A DNA stretch of 7,458 nt from Zygnema circumcarinatum SAG 698-1b (Eukaryota; Plantae; Zygnematophyceae). Both the position numbers and the translations under genes were made by a program. Location of the stretch: positions 1 through 7,458 of the forward strand of contig JBBHKD010000069.1 of NCBI GenBank assembly GCA_037447605.1, read 5' to 3'. Positions 1 through 7,458 of this stretch are shown here, piece after piece; positions within the stretch are counted from its first letter, which is position 1, and the number at the start of each line of letters is the position of its first letter. A model generated the notes under the pieces. It ran no database searches and was not told where the DNA came from. It saw only the letters and a program-made list of their open reading frames with translations.

Positions 1-204
1 CAGATAGACCACTGACCGGTTGCTCTCTGAAGCATGAAACGTACCATAAGAAGTAGACTTTTTCACGATATTCAAACGAGCAGATGCCTTCTTGGTAACG
101 GTTGAAAATCTCAATGTGGGTGATTTTCAGTACGTGCGTATTGAACTAATTGTTGAGGATGCTGGAAATAAAAAAAAATATATTTTTGCAATGTGTTTTA
201 CCAG

Positions 205-381
205 GGGCTTGCGAGTCTGAGCCCTCGACAGCCCAAAAAGAGTGAAACTGAACAGGCACGCGCTGCACGAAATCGGCGAAACTTAATGAAGGACGCACTG
301 CGGAGAGTGACAGAGTTTGTGCCAGCTATGCGGCAGCAGTTTGTGAATGACGCCATGACAACAAAAGAGAGTTCCAAAAAG
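205..381 (+). CDS. bHLH gene exon A: basic region, helix 1 and extended loop
   Basis: ttttaccag| acceptor, AAG|gtagac donor, 177 nt (59 codons). Confidence 0.82.
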
Positions 382-1564
382 GTAGACTTACTTGCTCTTT
401 CAGATGGTGGCTTGGGAGCAGGAACTGCTTCTTTTGTTAGAGTGTTGATCAATTCCTCTGGGTAGAATTTCTTGTGAAGCTTGGAGTGTGCTTTGCATAA
501 TAAGGTGCTCTGCTCTGAAATGTTCCTAGAACCCGCATCCCCCAGGTGATCCTTCTGATGGCGTTCGTCGCTGTTGCGAGGGGTGGTGCAGATGGATACT
601 AATGCTTTGCTGAAGGAGTTGGCTGATCATGCGAAAAAGCTTGTGAGGGATATCAGTGTAAGTGTGCAATGATGAACGGATGAAACATAAGTGTGCGGGC
701 CATTCCTGCTCGCCAATTTGTATATTATGCAACTCAGATAGTTGGCTATTATTTTTCTGAACATTTTGAATTTTCTGTCACTGGCTTGGTGCAATCCACA
801 TGGCAATCTACTTCGGATCTGCAGATTATTGCGGTGGGCAAGCACACTGCTGCAGAAGACAGTGAGGTATGCCTCGGGACCACTCCCTCGGGTGGTTATT
901 TTCTGCGTGTCTGAATGGCCAGTGTCGGCATCTTTTGCACTTTGTTCACAACCATTCATTCCGCCGTTGGTCAGTTGCTCGAGTTGGACAGCCCTAAGGA
1001 GAGGAGTGACACCTGCAACCAGTAATTCTCAGCAGATGGCAGGTCTGCGTGCAAGCTTCTAACCCCTTGTGATGGATTGATTCCTGGCAGGATGAAGATA
1101 ATGCAGATGTACGGCGGAGTGTGAATTCAGTATCCATTGCAGACAGTCTTGAAGCTCAGAGAAGCAAGTCGAAGGAGGAGAAAGCAGCAGCCCGAGCGAG
1201 AAGAATGCAGTTGCGGAAGATGCACAGGGAGGGGAGCACCACAAAGCAGCGGGATAAGGGCGTCTCAGGGAAGGAGTTTGAAGCAAAGTGGGTTGTGAAG
1301 CTGCGGCCTCTCAGCAACCGGCAACCTCTGCTCTCACTTGAAGCTCGAGGATTCAAAGTGGTTCGCTCCCCATGGAAGCTTTCAGACGATCCCAGGGACC
1401 CGGCCACTCTCACCGCTCTCGGCGTTGCGGAGTTTAAGCTTGCCAATCTGGAGAAGATGCTTCATCAAGCGCTGTACATATCTGACGAGCACCCTCAAGT
1501 AGAAGGGACCCTCGATGAGAGCTGGCAAGCGCATGTGTTGGACTTTGGGGCTGAGAAAGGTTGA
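205..1564 (+). CDS. Divergent bHLH transcription factor (subfamily-VIII-like basic region, probable C-terminal ACT-like domain), 5'-partial; join(<205..381,592..657,825..866,1091..1564)
   Basis: Seen: four phase-0 exons with canonical sites join into 252 aa without a stop. Known: TEQARAARNRRNLMKDALRRVTEFVP...KMDTNALLKELADHAKKLVRDI aligns with the HEC/IND/RSL-type consensus [48 protein letters not shown]. The intron at K|MDT falls at the typical plant bHLH loop-intron position. Confidence 0.8.
592..657 (+). CDS. bHLH gene exon B: helix 2, MDTNALLKELADHAKKLVRDIS
   Basis: gtgcag| acceptor, AGT|gtaagt donor, 66 nt; amphipathic helix-2 pattern. Confidence 0.82.
825..866 (+). CDS. bHLH gene exon C: IIAVGKHTAAEDSE
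   Basis: atctgcag| acceptor, GAG|gtatgc donor, 42 nt, frame-preserving. Supported by splice signals only. Confidence 0.65.
1091..1564 (+). CDS. bHLH gene terminal exon D (157 aa), with a second basic segment and a putative ACT-like domain
   Basis: CTAAC branch point about 30 nt upstream, ttcctggcag| acceptor, in frame with ORF 1121..1564, TGA at 1562-1564. Confidence 0.83.
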   Translation, partial: DEDNADVRRSVNSVSIADSLEAQRSKSKEEKAAARARRMQLRKMHREGSTTKQRDKGVSGKEFEAKWVVKLRPLSNRQPLLSLEARGFKVVRSPWKLSDDPRDPATLTALGVAEFKLANLEKMLHQALYISDEHPQVEGTLDESWQAHVLDFGAEKG

Positions 1565-1721
1565 TGCTGAACAAGTAGAAGTCCCCTAACAACCTTCATT
1601 TCAGCTTGCCTGGGTTGGTTGGAAAGCCTCAAGGGATATTATTTATCAGAGTGCGTTGTGGGCGAGGTGTTGCTGGACCGGCGGCCCTGCGGGGAGTCGG
1701 TTGTCTAGTTATATCCAACCT

Positions 1722-1741
1722 GTAGATTGGTAGATTGGTAG
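1722..1741. repeat. (GTAGATTG)2.5 short tandem duplication
   Basis: Read directly: gtagattg gtagattg gtag. Confidence 0.8.
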
Positions 1742-1985
1742 TGGATCCTTTCTGATTTTTGTGAGTAGAGATTTAGGTGGAATGCGCATTCGTAGCGAAC
1801 ATAGCATAGCAGGTGCTACAGTAGTTCTCGCAGATTTTGGTTTTATAGGCTTTAGGGTCTTTTTCTAGGTGCTGTGCAGTCTTAGAAAAATAAGGAGGCC
1901 AAGTCTCCAGAGTTTGCGGAGAGGAATAAGTGGAGCACAAAAGATGGTCTGCAGAGGGGCGGCGCTGCGGGCGGGCAGGCGTTGG

Positions 1986-2008
1986 GACGTGACGTGACGT
2001 GACGTGAC
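1986..2008. repeat. (GACGT)4.6 pentanucleotide tandem repeat forming overlapping TGACGT/GACGTG ACGT-core motifs
   Basis: Read directly: gacgt gacgt gacgt gacgt gac. Confidence 0.9.
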
Positions 2009-2830
2009 TTGTTTCAGCGCCTCCTGCTCAGTCAGCAGCTCCTCAACTCCCGACAGAAGGCACAGACAATAAGGGCAGTAGTTGAAGGCATTCATTTTGT
2101 AATTCCTCTGATCAATAATTCATTCCACGTGCTTCCTTCTAGCTTGCACCGTTGCCTCCTCGAGTGAGTTTCGCCTTGTTTGGGCAATCGGTTTGTGAGG
2201 CTTTGTGGAACGGGAAAGTACGATGCTTCCGTTTCGGACTGATGAAGTTTTCAGTTTGGAACAATGAATCTCAAGTGACTGAGAAGGGTGCTTTTCTTTA
2301 CTAAAACCGTTAAAAAAAAATGAAATTGCTGAATATTTTATGTGAGAGATTTCAACGACTGCCCAAGAAAAGGGCACTAGCCCACAAAGGACAGTCAGCT
2401 CGGAAATGGGACATTTCAGCCGCGGGCAGACTAGACAGACAGACTCCCCATGGGACACACAGCCCTCGGGCTCACGAGGCAACAACCTTGAGAGAAAAGT
2501 AACAAAGGAAAGTTTTGTTTGACATTGAATTGCGTTGTATACAACAGAATCGAATCCTGAAAACGTTCCGTTGGTCACGTTGAGCTGCCGCGTTTTCATG
2601 GCTTTGCTTGAAAACCGCTCTTTGGGTCTGACGGTGCCTGAGCTAAGCATGAAGCTACCCCGTTGAACTTTGTTGTACAAGAAGAAAGGTACAGATTTGG
2701 GCGGTCCACATACTCTACAGACATCATTTGATGGCCCATGCGGGCCCATCCTCAGTGGGTTTGGATTTGGGTTATGAACAACCCGCGAAATGCTGGATTC
2801 CACTATTCAAAGAGGCTGTCGCCCTCCGTC

Positions 2831-2929
2831 TCAGATGTAGCGCACAAGGCCTCTTCCCTCAACACTCACTTTCTCGGCGCGGAGATTCTTCCTCTTCGGT
2901 CCAGCCATCTTTTGAAGTTTCCGAGTCAC
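2831..2929 (-). CDS. IWS1: IWS1 terminal exon: VTRKLQKMAGPKRKNLRAEKVSVEGRGLVRYI*
   Basis: cggcag| acceptor, TGA at 2833-2831; conserved IWS1 C-terminal KxSVEGRG tail. Not in the ORF track. Confidence 0.93.
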   Translation of the reverse strand: MTRKLQKMAGPKRKNLRAEKVSVEGRGLVRYI

Positions 2930-5900
2930 CTGCCGAACCCAACACCCGGTCACCAAGCATGCGTTCAATCTCTCATGAACACAGTCTCTGTCACGGCATG
3001 CCACTCTGGGAGTGCACTATTTAGCGCATTGGATGCTGGACCTAACAGTTTATCGCATAATTGCTTGCTCTTGATATCTAGAAAGCAAGGCTTGTTATGC
3101 TAGCAATGCCCTGATCGATTTGACTCACGAAGCCTGTGCGTGACGGCAAATCACGCATTGAATTCAACAAAAATAAGCAAGCAAAGGCTGCAGCGAAAAA
3201 AAGAGCAAGGAAAGGACACGATGAGGCTTCGGAGTTCCAGGTACACTTCAGCAGACAAACAATCAGGTCAGAATAAAAAAAAAAAAAAAAAGCTTTTGCA
3301 GGTCATCAAGGCATTTGAAGGGAGTCGTCTTCTGTTGAACAACTCGGCAGAACAAACGCAGTTATGCCTCGGCGTTCATTGCAGCATCCCTGAAAGGGAA
3401 CAGAAGTGGCAGGAGATATGGCATACTTTTGAATGTCGATCATCCTTGGAGGGCCGCCTCTTCGCCATATCTTCTTCACTGACTCGCGATTCTGGACGAA
3501 CCACGAAGTCCAACGCCATCGGCTTCGGAACAGAGGCGTGCGTGCGGTAGCCCTTGTCTCCAGGCCGGGGCTCGCTGCAATCCGTGATCAAAGAGACAGA
3601 TGTGATTTTTAGGTGAAGCCCGTAAGTTATAATAGGACAAGCAGAAAAACGAACTGAAAATGAGCCTGGAAGTGAAATAGTGGTTGGAAGAAGGCACGGG
3701 CAGGTTAACAGTACAAAAAAAAAAAAAGGGGAAAAGAAGAGAATCCTCTGACAACAAGGATGGACACATGACTCAGTCTGCCTGAAAACACAGAAAGTGC
3801 AGTGACCCTTTCTTTACATGGAGCGACAACAGCAAAATCTTCATTCACACGAAAGCTGATTTCTGATCAGCTCAAAAACCCGTGCTCCTGCATTGTGTGA
3901 CCTCAGTGGAAAAATTCTCACTTGGACGGCCCTTCCAAATCAAAGTCGTCTGCCCGACGTGAAGTTTTGGATCGCTCCTCCTGCCCCTCCCTGCGAAACA
4001 CACTCGAAACTCCCCAGCAGGCTTTAGGTACTGATTTCATAGGTTGCACAAACAGATACTAATATGGCCAGTACTGCATGCCTGCCTGCTTGACACAATC
4101 AGAACTCACTTTCTTGGTGTTGATTTCCGTGGTGTAGGTCTCTCATCATCATAATGCCGCAAGTCTTCATATCGCGTGCTCTTCTGGAAAATGGGTCGGC
4201 TCTGCTCTCAGACAGCAAGTTCGCATCTTGAGTGATCGCACTAAACGCATGACATGCATCCAGCAAGCACATAGATCGAATCCAAGTCACAGGTCCATCA
4301 AACTGTTGACCTATTCAGAACGTCAATAAGCTTGACACTTCAACTGAAGCCCCTGCTCAGGCTCATGTATGCCGGCGGCGGCGTTCTCTGCTGACTCTTT
4401 TCTCTCTATGATTGTGATCTTAATAAGGTCATTACAGGATGAAACAACATTCCAAAATGTTACCAAAATGCCGCAAAAGATATAACCACTGGGGAAAATA
4501 AGGACTGAGCAGAAGCTCTCAATGGACTTACCCACATATCAACAATATCCCGAGCAAGCTTCTTGTTTGCAACAGTCTCGTCCGGGTACTTTGACAAGAA
4601 CATGATGACCTGGTCACATAACCGTAGTTCCCGAATTCAGTAAAGGGGTTGCAGAATGCAGCACACAAAGACATACATACATATGTCACGCACATTTTTA
4701 ATATCAGGTATCTGCTTACATAGAGCACCCTTGGACTGGACTCAGTGTGCAAGTTCAGGGGAGGAGGAATAGGGAGAAGGTAACGACAAGGTAAAAATAT
4801 TGTCACAGGAGCAAATCAGGTCCGTCAGATGCACTTCACAAATAATACATGCAGACAAGAGAACAACACATGTTACTTGAGACATGTCACTAAGGGATGT
4901 GATTGAATAAAAAGGGGAAAAAGTGATGAAGCCGGACATTTACCTTTCCAAGACCACTGCGTTTGAGCTGCTCCCGCCTGTCGTACTGATCTACTTCAAT
5001 GGGAAGCTGCATGATGCAAAAACACAAAATGACAATCACAAATGCCCGTAAGCAGGCTGCGGCATAAACAACCAAGACCTCACTCACTAAGTCTGCATCC
5101 AAAATCGCCCTGGAATCCATTTTGCAAAGGAGGAGTGTTCGCTCGTGCATTCCCTAACACAGGCAAAGAGGGTTCGATTTCCGCAAGGAGTGCAGACTCC
5201 AGTGGAGTTGGCCGCCCACCTCTGTCAAACTCTGCAGAACTGCTGAGCGGATATTGATGTTTGGCAAAGAGCCGTCCGGCAAAGGCTCAAGCCAACTTTT
5301 GAGCATGGAGAGGAGGCCCCGGTCGAGAAACTCCCGCTGCAAAGGCTTCCTGCACAGCCCACGCACAGACAAGCATATGCTGCGTTGGACTCGGGAGGTG
5401 GCATTGCATCTCATCGATATCCAACCGAGAGAGAGCAGTTGTCGAGACGAGAAACAAGTGAAGCACATCAACCGGGCTCTTTTGATGCCAGATTCACATT
5501 TTTCCAGAGGAAATATATAGCTTCAAAAATCACTACATTGCAAAAGCATACTGTCAAGGGAGTAAGGTCACACTTACTTCTGCAGGAGTTCCTTCAAACA
5601 TGGGAGCATTCTGAGCTTCTGGATGGCAGGCTCGCCTCTGCGATTTGCCTCTGCATCCTCCTCAGCCACCTTCAACATTCGAACCACCGTCTCTTCAACC
5701 AGCAATGCATTTGCTGCAGCATTGCTTTCTCCACGCTTCCTCCTCTTTCCCTTCCTGAAGAGTTTGTCCATTTCCATATCATCCTCTTCCGCCTGCAGCA
5801 TTCCATCAAAGAGAGATCGGATACACGCAGACACGACAACAGGGTTGGCAAGGTGAACCCATACTGAATCCATCCGAGGATTCAAACCAAGATTAGAAAA

Positions 5901-7458
5901 TAGCTGCGTGACCGTTCGATCGAGTTAAACTGTGTCTATAAATTCCATTCCAAGCATGTTTTTGTCGACTAACTTCACCAAGACCACGTACGTGGCAGTT
6001 CAGAAAAAGATCATCCGTGATTTTGTGCAATCCACCAAAAATGAAAGAGTCATGAAGCCTAATCAGTTCTGAATGTTCCACTCTGCCCAGAGGAGGAAAG
6101 GAAGGTGCCCAACGGCATTGCCCAGCATTGTAGCCATGCACTGAACGCATTCATAGAGATACAGACAGACCCAATGCACATGGCATGCCTGCCTTCACAC
6201 CTGCGGAGCATCGCCTACAGAGCCACGCTCGTCGTCGCTAGCGAGTCTTTGATCCGGATCAACACCGGCGTCATCAATGAAATGTTCATCCTCCTTAGTA
6301 CGCAAACCTTCCCTGTCATCCTGCAGCCATAGGAAAACACCCTGCAAATCAGTTGTTTACGATGTTCGCCGAGCTTTAGTTTCAGTAAGTGATAGCGGGC
6401 CAACGCTGCAGTAGCGCAAAGACAAAGAGTCTCCGTTGCTCTTCCTCACTGCTGTCTCTGCTAAATATGGAGGAGAACCAGGAGAAAACGCTCAAAAGGT
6501 CCACAAAATTTCTTTAACATGCAGACATTGTTACCAAAAACTTATCATGTTGTTTTCCACAATACTGATTATGAAAAGCTTATTGCGACCATCGACTTAG
6601 CACACAAAACATGCCTTTTGCCCAAGAGTTAACAGTGAGATTCACACAAGGTCAGGTAGCATCAGCCTCTCCTCCAGGCTGGAGACTTGTCAAACTTTCC
6701 TGTTTAAAAGTTAATGAGAACAGGTACTGAAATGTTTCCTACCCATGAAAGTGTTAAGCATTCAGTAATATTTGTACATGATGTCGTTTACACTGTCTGG
6801 GGACTAAGGGTGGATATCCCTAACTAGTCCTCAAGATTATAGGAGATGAAGGGCATTCCACCGATCGAAGAAAGACCATAACGAATCAATTTCCCACTGT
6901 TGACAAAAGAAATAGTTGACTGACAGTTCGCCTTAGACGGTTCAAGAGTGCGCTACAATAAACCGAGCCTCTTAACCCACTGTACTTACAATGACTTAAC
7001 ACCGTCCAGATAGACTTCAAAGGTTGTGTAGGTCACCTCAGAATCGTCTCCTCCGGCGACATGGTCCCACATTTCCTTCTCCCCTCTCTTTACAGCTCGC
7101 TCCTCCACCTTGTCCCCTCTCCCCCGCCCCTTAACGCGCCTATTATCCATGCTTTCCCTTTTTTTCTTCTGCTGCTTCTTGTCAAGACTACCATCTCCTT
7201 CCAGCCTTTCCCGTTGCTTAGGTGTATCATTTTCCAGACTCCCATTTTTCTTTTGCAGACGCTCATTCTTCTTCCTCGAATGGTCCATGTTATCCTCACC
7301 ATCCTCACCCTCTTCTCTAGCTTGCACGCCGTAATCTTCTAAATCTTCGGGCAAGTCCCCTTCCCTCCCATTCCCACGGCCTTCCTTTTCTCGACCACCA
7401 TGATACTCCTCCTCGTCTGGCTCATCAGGATCCACCACATGTTCGGCCCTTTCATTTC
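2831..7458 (-). CDS. IWS1: IWS1/SPN1-family transcription elongation factor (SPT6-interacting, TFIIS N-terminal-like domain), 5'-partial; complement(join(2831..2929,3427..3574,3922..3990,4110..4201,4532..4609,4944..5006,5220..5349,5578..5792,6201..6320,7037..>7458))
   Basis: Seen: ten exons join in one frame through GT-AG introns with consistent phases. Known: the spliced protein carries plant IWS1 hallmarks (FIDDAGVDP, QAEE..MDKLF, EFLDRGLLSMLKSWLEPLPDGSLPNINIR, RREQLKRSGLGKVIMFLSK, WSRPIFQKSTRYEDLR, MALDFVVRPES, C-terminal KVSVEGRGLVRYI*). The frame stays open to the window edge, so the start codon lies outside. Confidence 0.96.
3275..3291. repeat. A17 homopolymer (U-tract in IWS1 intron 9)
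   Basis: Read directly. Confidence 0.9.
3427..3574 (-). CDS. IWS1: IWS1 exon 9: EPRPGDKGYRTHASVPKPMALDFVVRPESRVSEEDMAKRRPSKDDRHSK
   Basis: ttgcag| acceptor, AAA|gtatgc donor, 148 nt; HASxP..MxxDFVVRPxS motif. Confidence 0.93.
3715..3727. repeat. A13 homopolymer (U-tract in IWS1 intron 8)
   Basis: Read directly. Confidence 0.9.
3922..3990 (-). CDS. IWS1: IWS1 exon 8: EGQEERSKTSRRADDFDLEGPS(N)
   Basis: tttcgcag| acceptor, AA|gtgaga donor, 69 nt, symmetric phase 2/2. Less conserved; DDFDL resembles the plant IWS1 DxDLD segment. Confidence 0.82.
4110..4201 (-). CDS. IWS1: IWS1 exon 7: SRPIFQKSTRYEDLRHYDDERPTPRKSTPR(K)
   Basis: gagcag| acceptor, AA|gtgagt donor, 92 nt; completes the W|SRPIF motif across the junction. 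Confidence 0.94.
4532..4609 (-). CDS. IWS1: IWS1 exon 6: VIMFLSKYPDETVANKKLARDIVDMW
   Basis: gaccag| acceptor, TGG|gtaagt donor, 78 nt. Confidence 0.95.
4944..5006 (-). CDS. IWS1: IWS1 exon 5: LPIEVDQYDRREQLKRSGLGK
   Basis: atgcag| acceptor, AAG|gtaaat donor, 63 nt; LKxSGLGK motif of the TFIIS-N-like domain. Confidence 0.95.
5220..5349 (-). CDS. IWS1: IWS1 exon 4: KPLQREFLDRG...WLEPLPDGSLPNINIRSAVLQSLTE
   Basis: gtgcag| acceptor, GAG|gtgggc donor, 130 nt; contains the strongly conserved WLEPLPDGSLP motif. Confidence 0.96.
5578..5792 (-). CDS. IWS1: IWS1 exon 3: AEEDDMEMDKLF...PAIQKLRMLPCLKELLQ(K)
   Basis: ctgcag| acceptor, AA|gtaagt donor, 215 nt, ends in phase 2. Confidence 0.94.
6201..6320 (-). 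CDS. IWS1: IWS1 exon 2: DDREGLRTKEDEHFIDDAGVDPDQRLASDDERGSVGDAPQ
   Basis: ctgcag| acceptor, CAG|gtgtga donor, 120 nt. This frame is not in the ORF track. FIDDxGVDP is a plant IWS1 motif. Confidence 0.92.
7037..7458 (-). CDS. IWS1: IWS1 first visible exon (partial): acidic/basic low-complexity N-terminus ending ...EMWDHVAGGDDSE
   Basis: Open frame to the window end; donor GAG|GTGACC with the intron starting at 7036; phase 0 matches the next exon. Confidence 0.9.

Noticed and set aside
1-204. Possible upstream exon or start codon of the bHLH gene (ATG at 34, gtaacg donor at 95)
   Set aside because: It ends in phase 1, incompatible with the phase-0 acceptor at 204; treated as intron or unresolved.
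530-545. AG/GT-flanked 16-nt micro-exon or alternative acceptors in the bHLH loop intron
   Set aside because: All options shift the frame; only the 592 acceptor restores KMDT and helix 2.
1865-2095. 76-aa minus-strand ORF
   Set aside because: Short, runs through the GACGT microsatellite, and has no recognisable motif.
2239-2282. CTGATGA...CTGA as a C/D snoRNA or hammerhead core
   Set aside because: Too short for a C/D snoRNA, with no convincing terminal stem; hammerhead stems and a correctly placed GAAA are missing.
2357-2480. Cluster of short hairpins and palindromes with CTAG (structured RNA or Helitron end)
   Set aside because: Stems are only 4-6 bp, which is chance level; the CTAG spacing and flanking T do not fit a Helitron terminus.
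2807-2833. Stop readthrough or selenocysteine recoding joining IWS1 to the downstream ORF
   Set aside because: It needs two UGA recodings, IWS1 already ends at its conserved C-terminus, land plants lack selenocysteine machinery, and I recognised no SECIS element.
3390-3426. Nearby acceptor ttccctttcag just after the IWS1 exon 9 donor
   Set aside because: It would give a 37-nt intron, too short, and would lose the conserved C-terminus.
3140-3550. 136-aa plus-strand ORF with a poly-Lys run
   Set aside because: The poly-K comes from the intronic A17 tract, and the ORF is antisense to IWS1 exon 9 and intron 9.
5042-5867. Plus-strand ORFs of 71-160 aa
   Set aside because: They are antisense shadows of IWS1 exons 3-4 and their introns, with no recognisable protein features.
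7061-7342. Hydrophobic plus-strand ORFs that look like membrane proteins
   Set aside because: They are the complement of the purine-rich (E/K/G/R) IWS1 exon.

Overview
Eukaryotic genomic DNA, most likely from a land plant (streptophyte); a non-seed plant is plausible but unproven. The window holds two convergent, intron-containing genes, both incomplete at their 5' ends. (1) Minus strand, 2831->7458: a 10-exon IWS1/SPN1 transcription-elongation factor. I assembled it by hand; all 9 introns are GT-AG with matching phases, giving about 477 aa in the window. (2) Plus strand, <205-1564: the last 4 exons (252 aa) of a gene the ORF track does not reveal. Spliced, they give a divergent bHLH protein with a subfamily-VIII-like Q5-A9-R13 basic region, a ~15-aa loop insertion, a second AARxRR basic segment and a probable C-terminal ACT-like domain. 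The 1.27-kb gap between the two stop codons contains a long unexplained ORF just downstream of IWS1 and a promoter-like cluster ((GACGT)4, GC boxes, minus-strand TATA) aimed antisense to the bHLH gene. The last IWS1 intron holds a candidate stop-containing cassette exon. I found no rRNA, tRNA, CRISPR array or mobile element, and I cannot establish a new multi-gene system from this sequence alone. Family assignments come from recalled motifs, not database searches.
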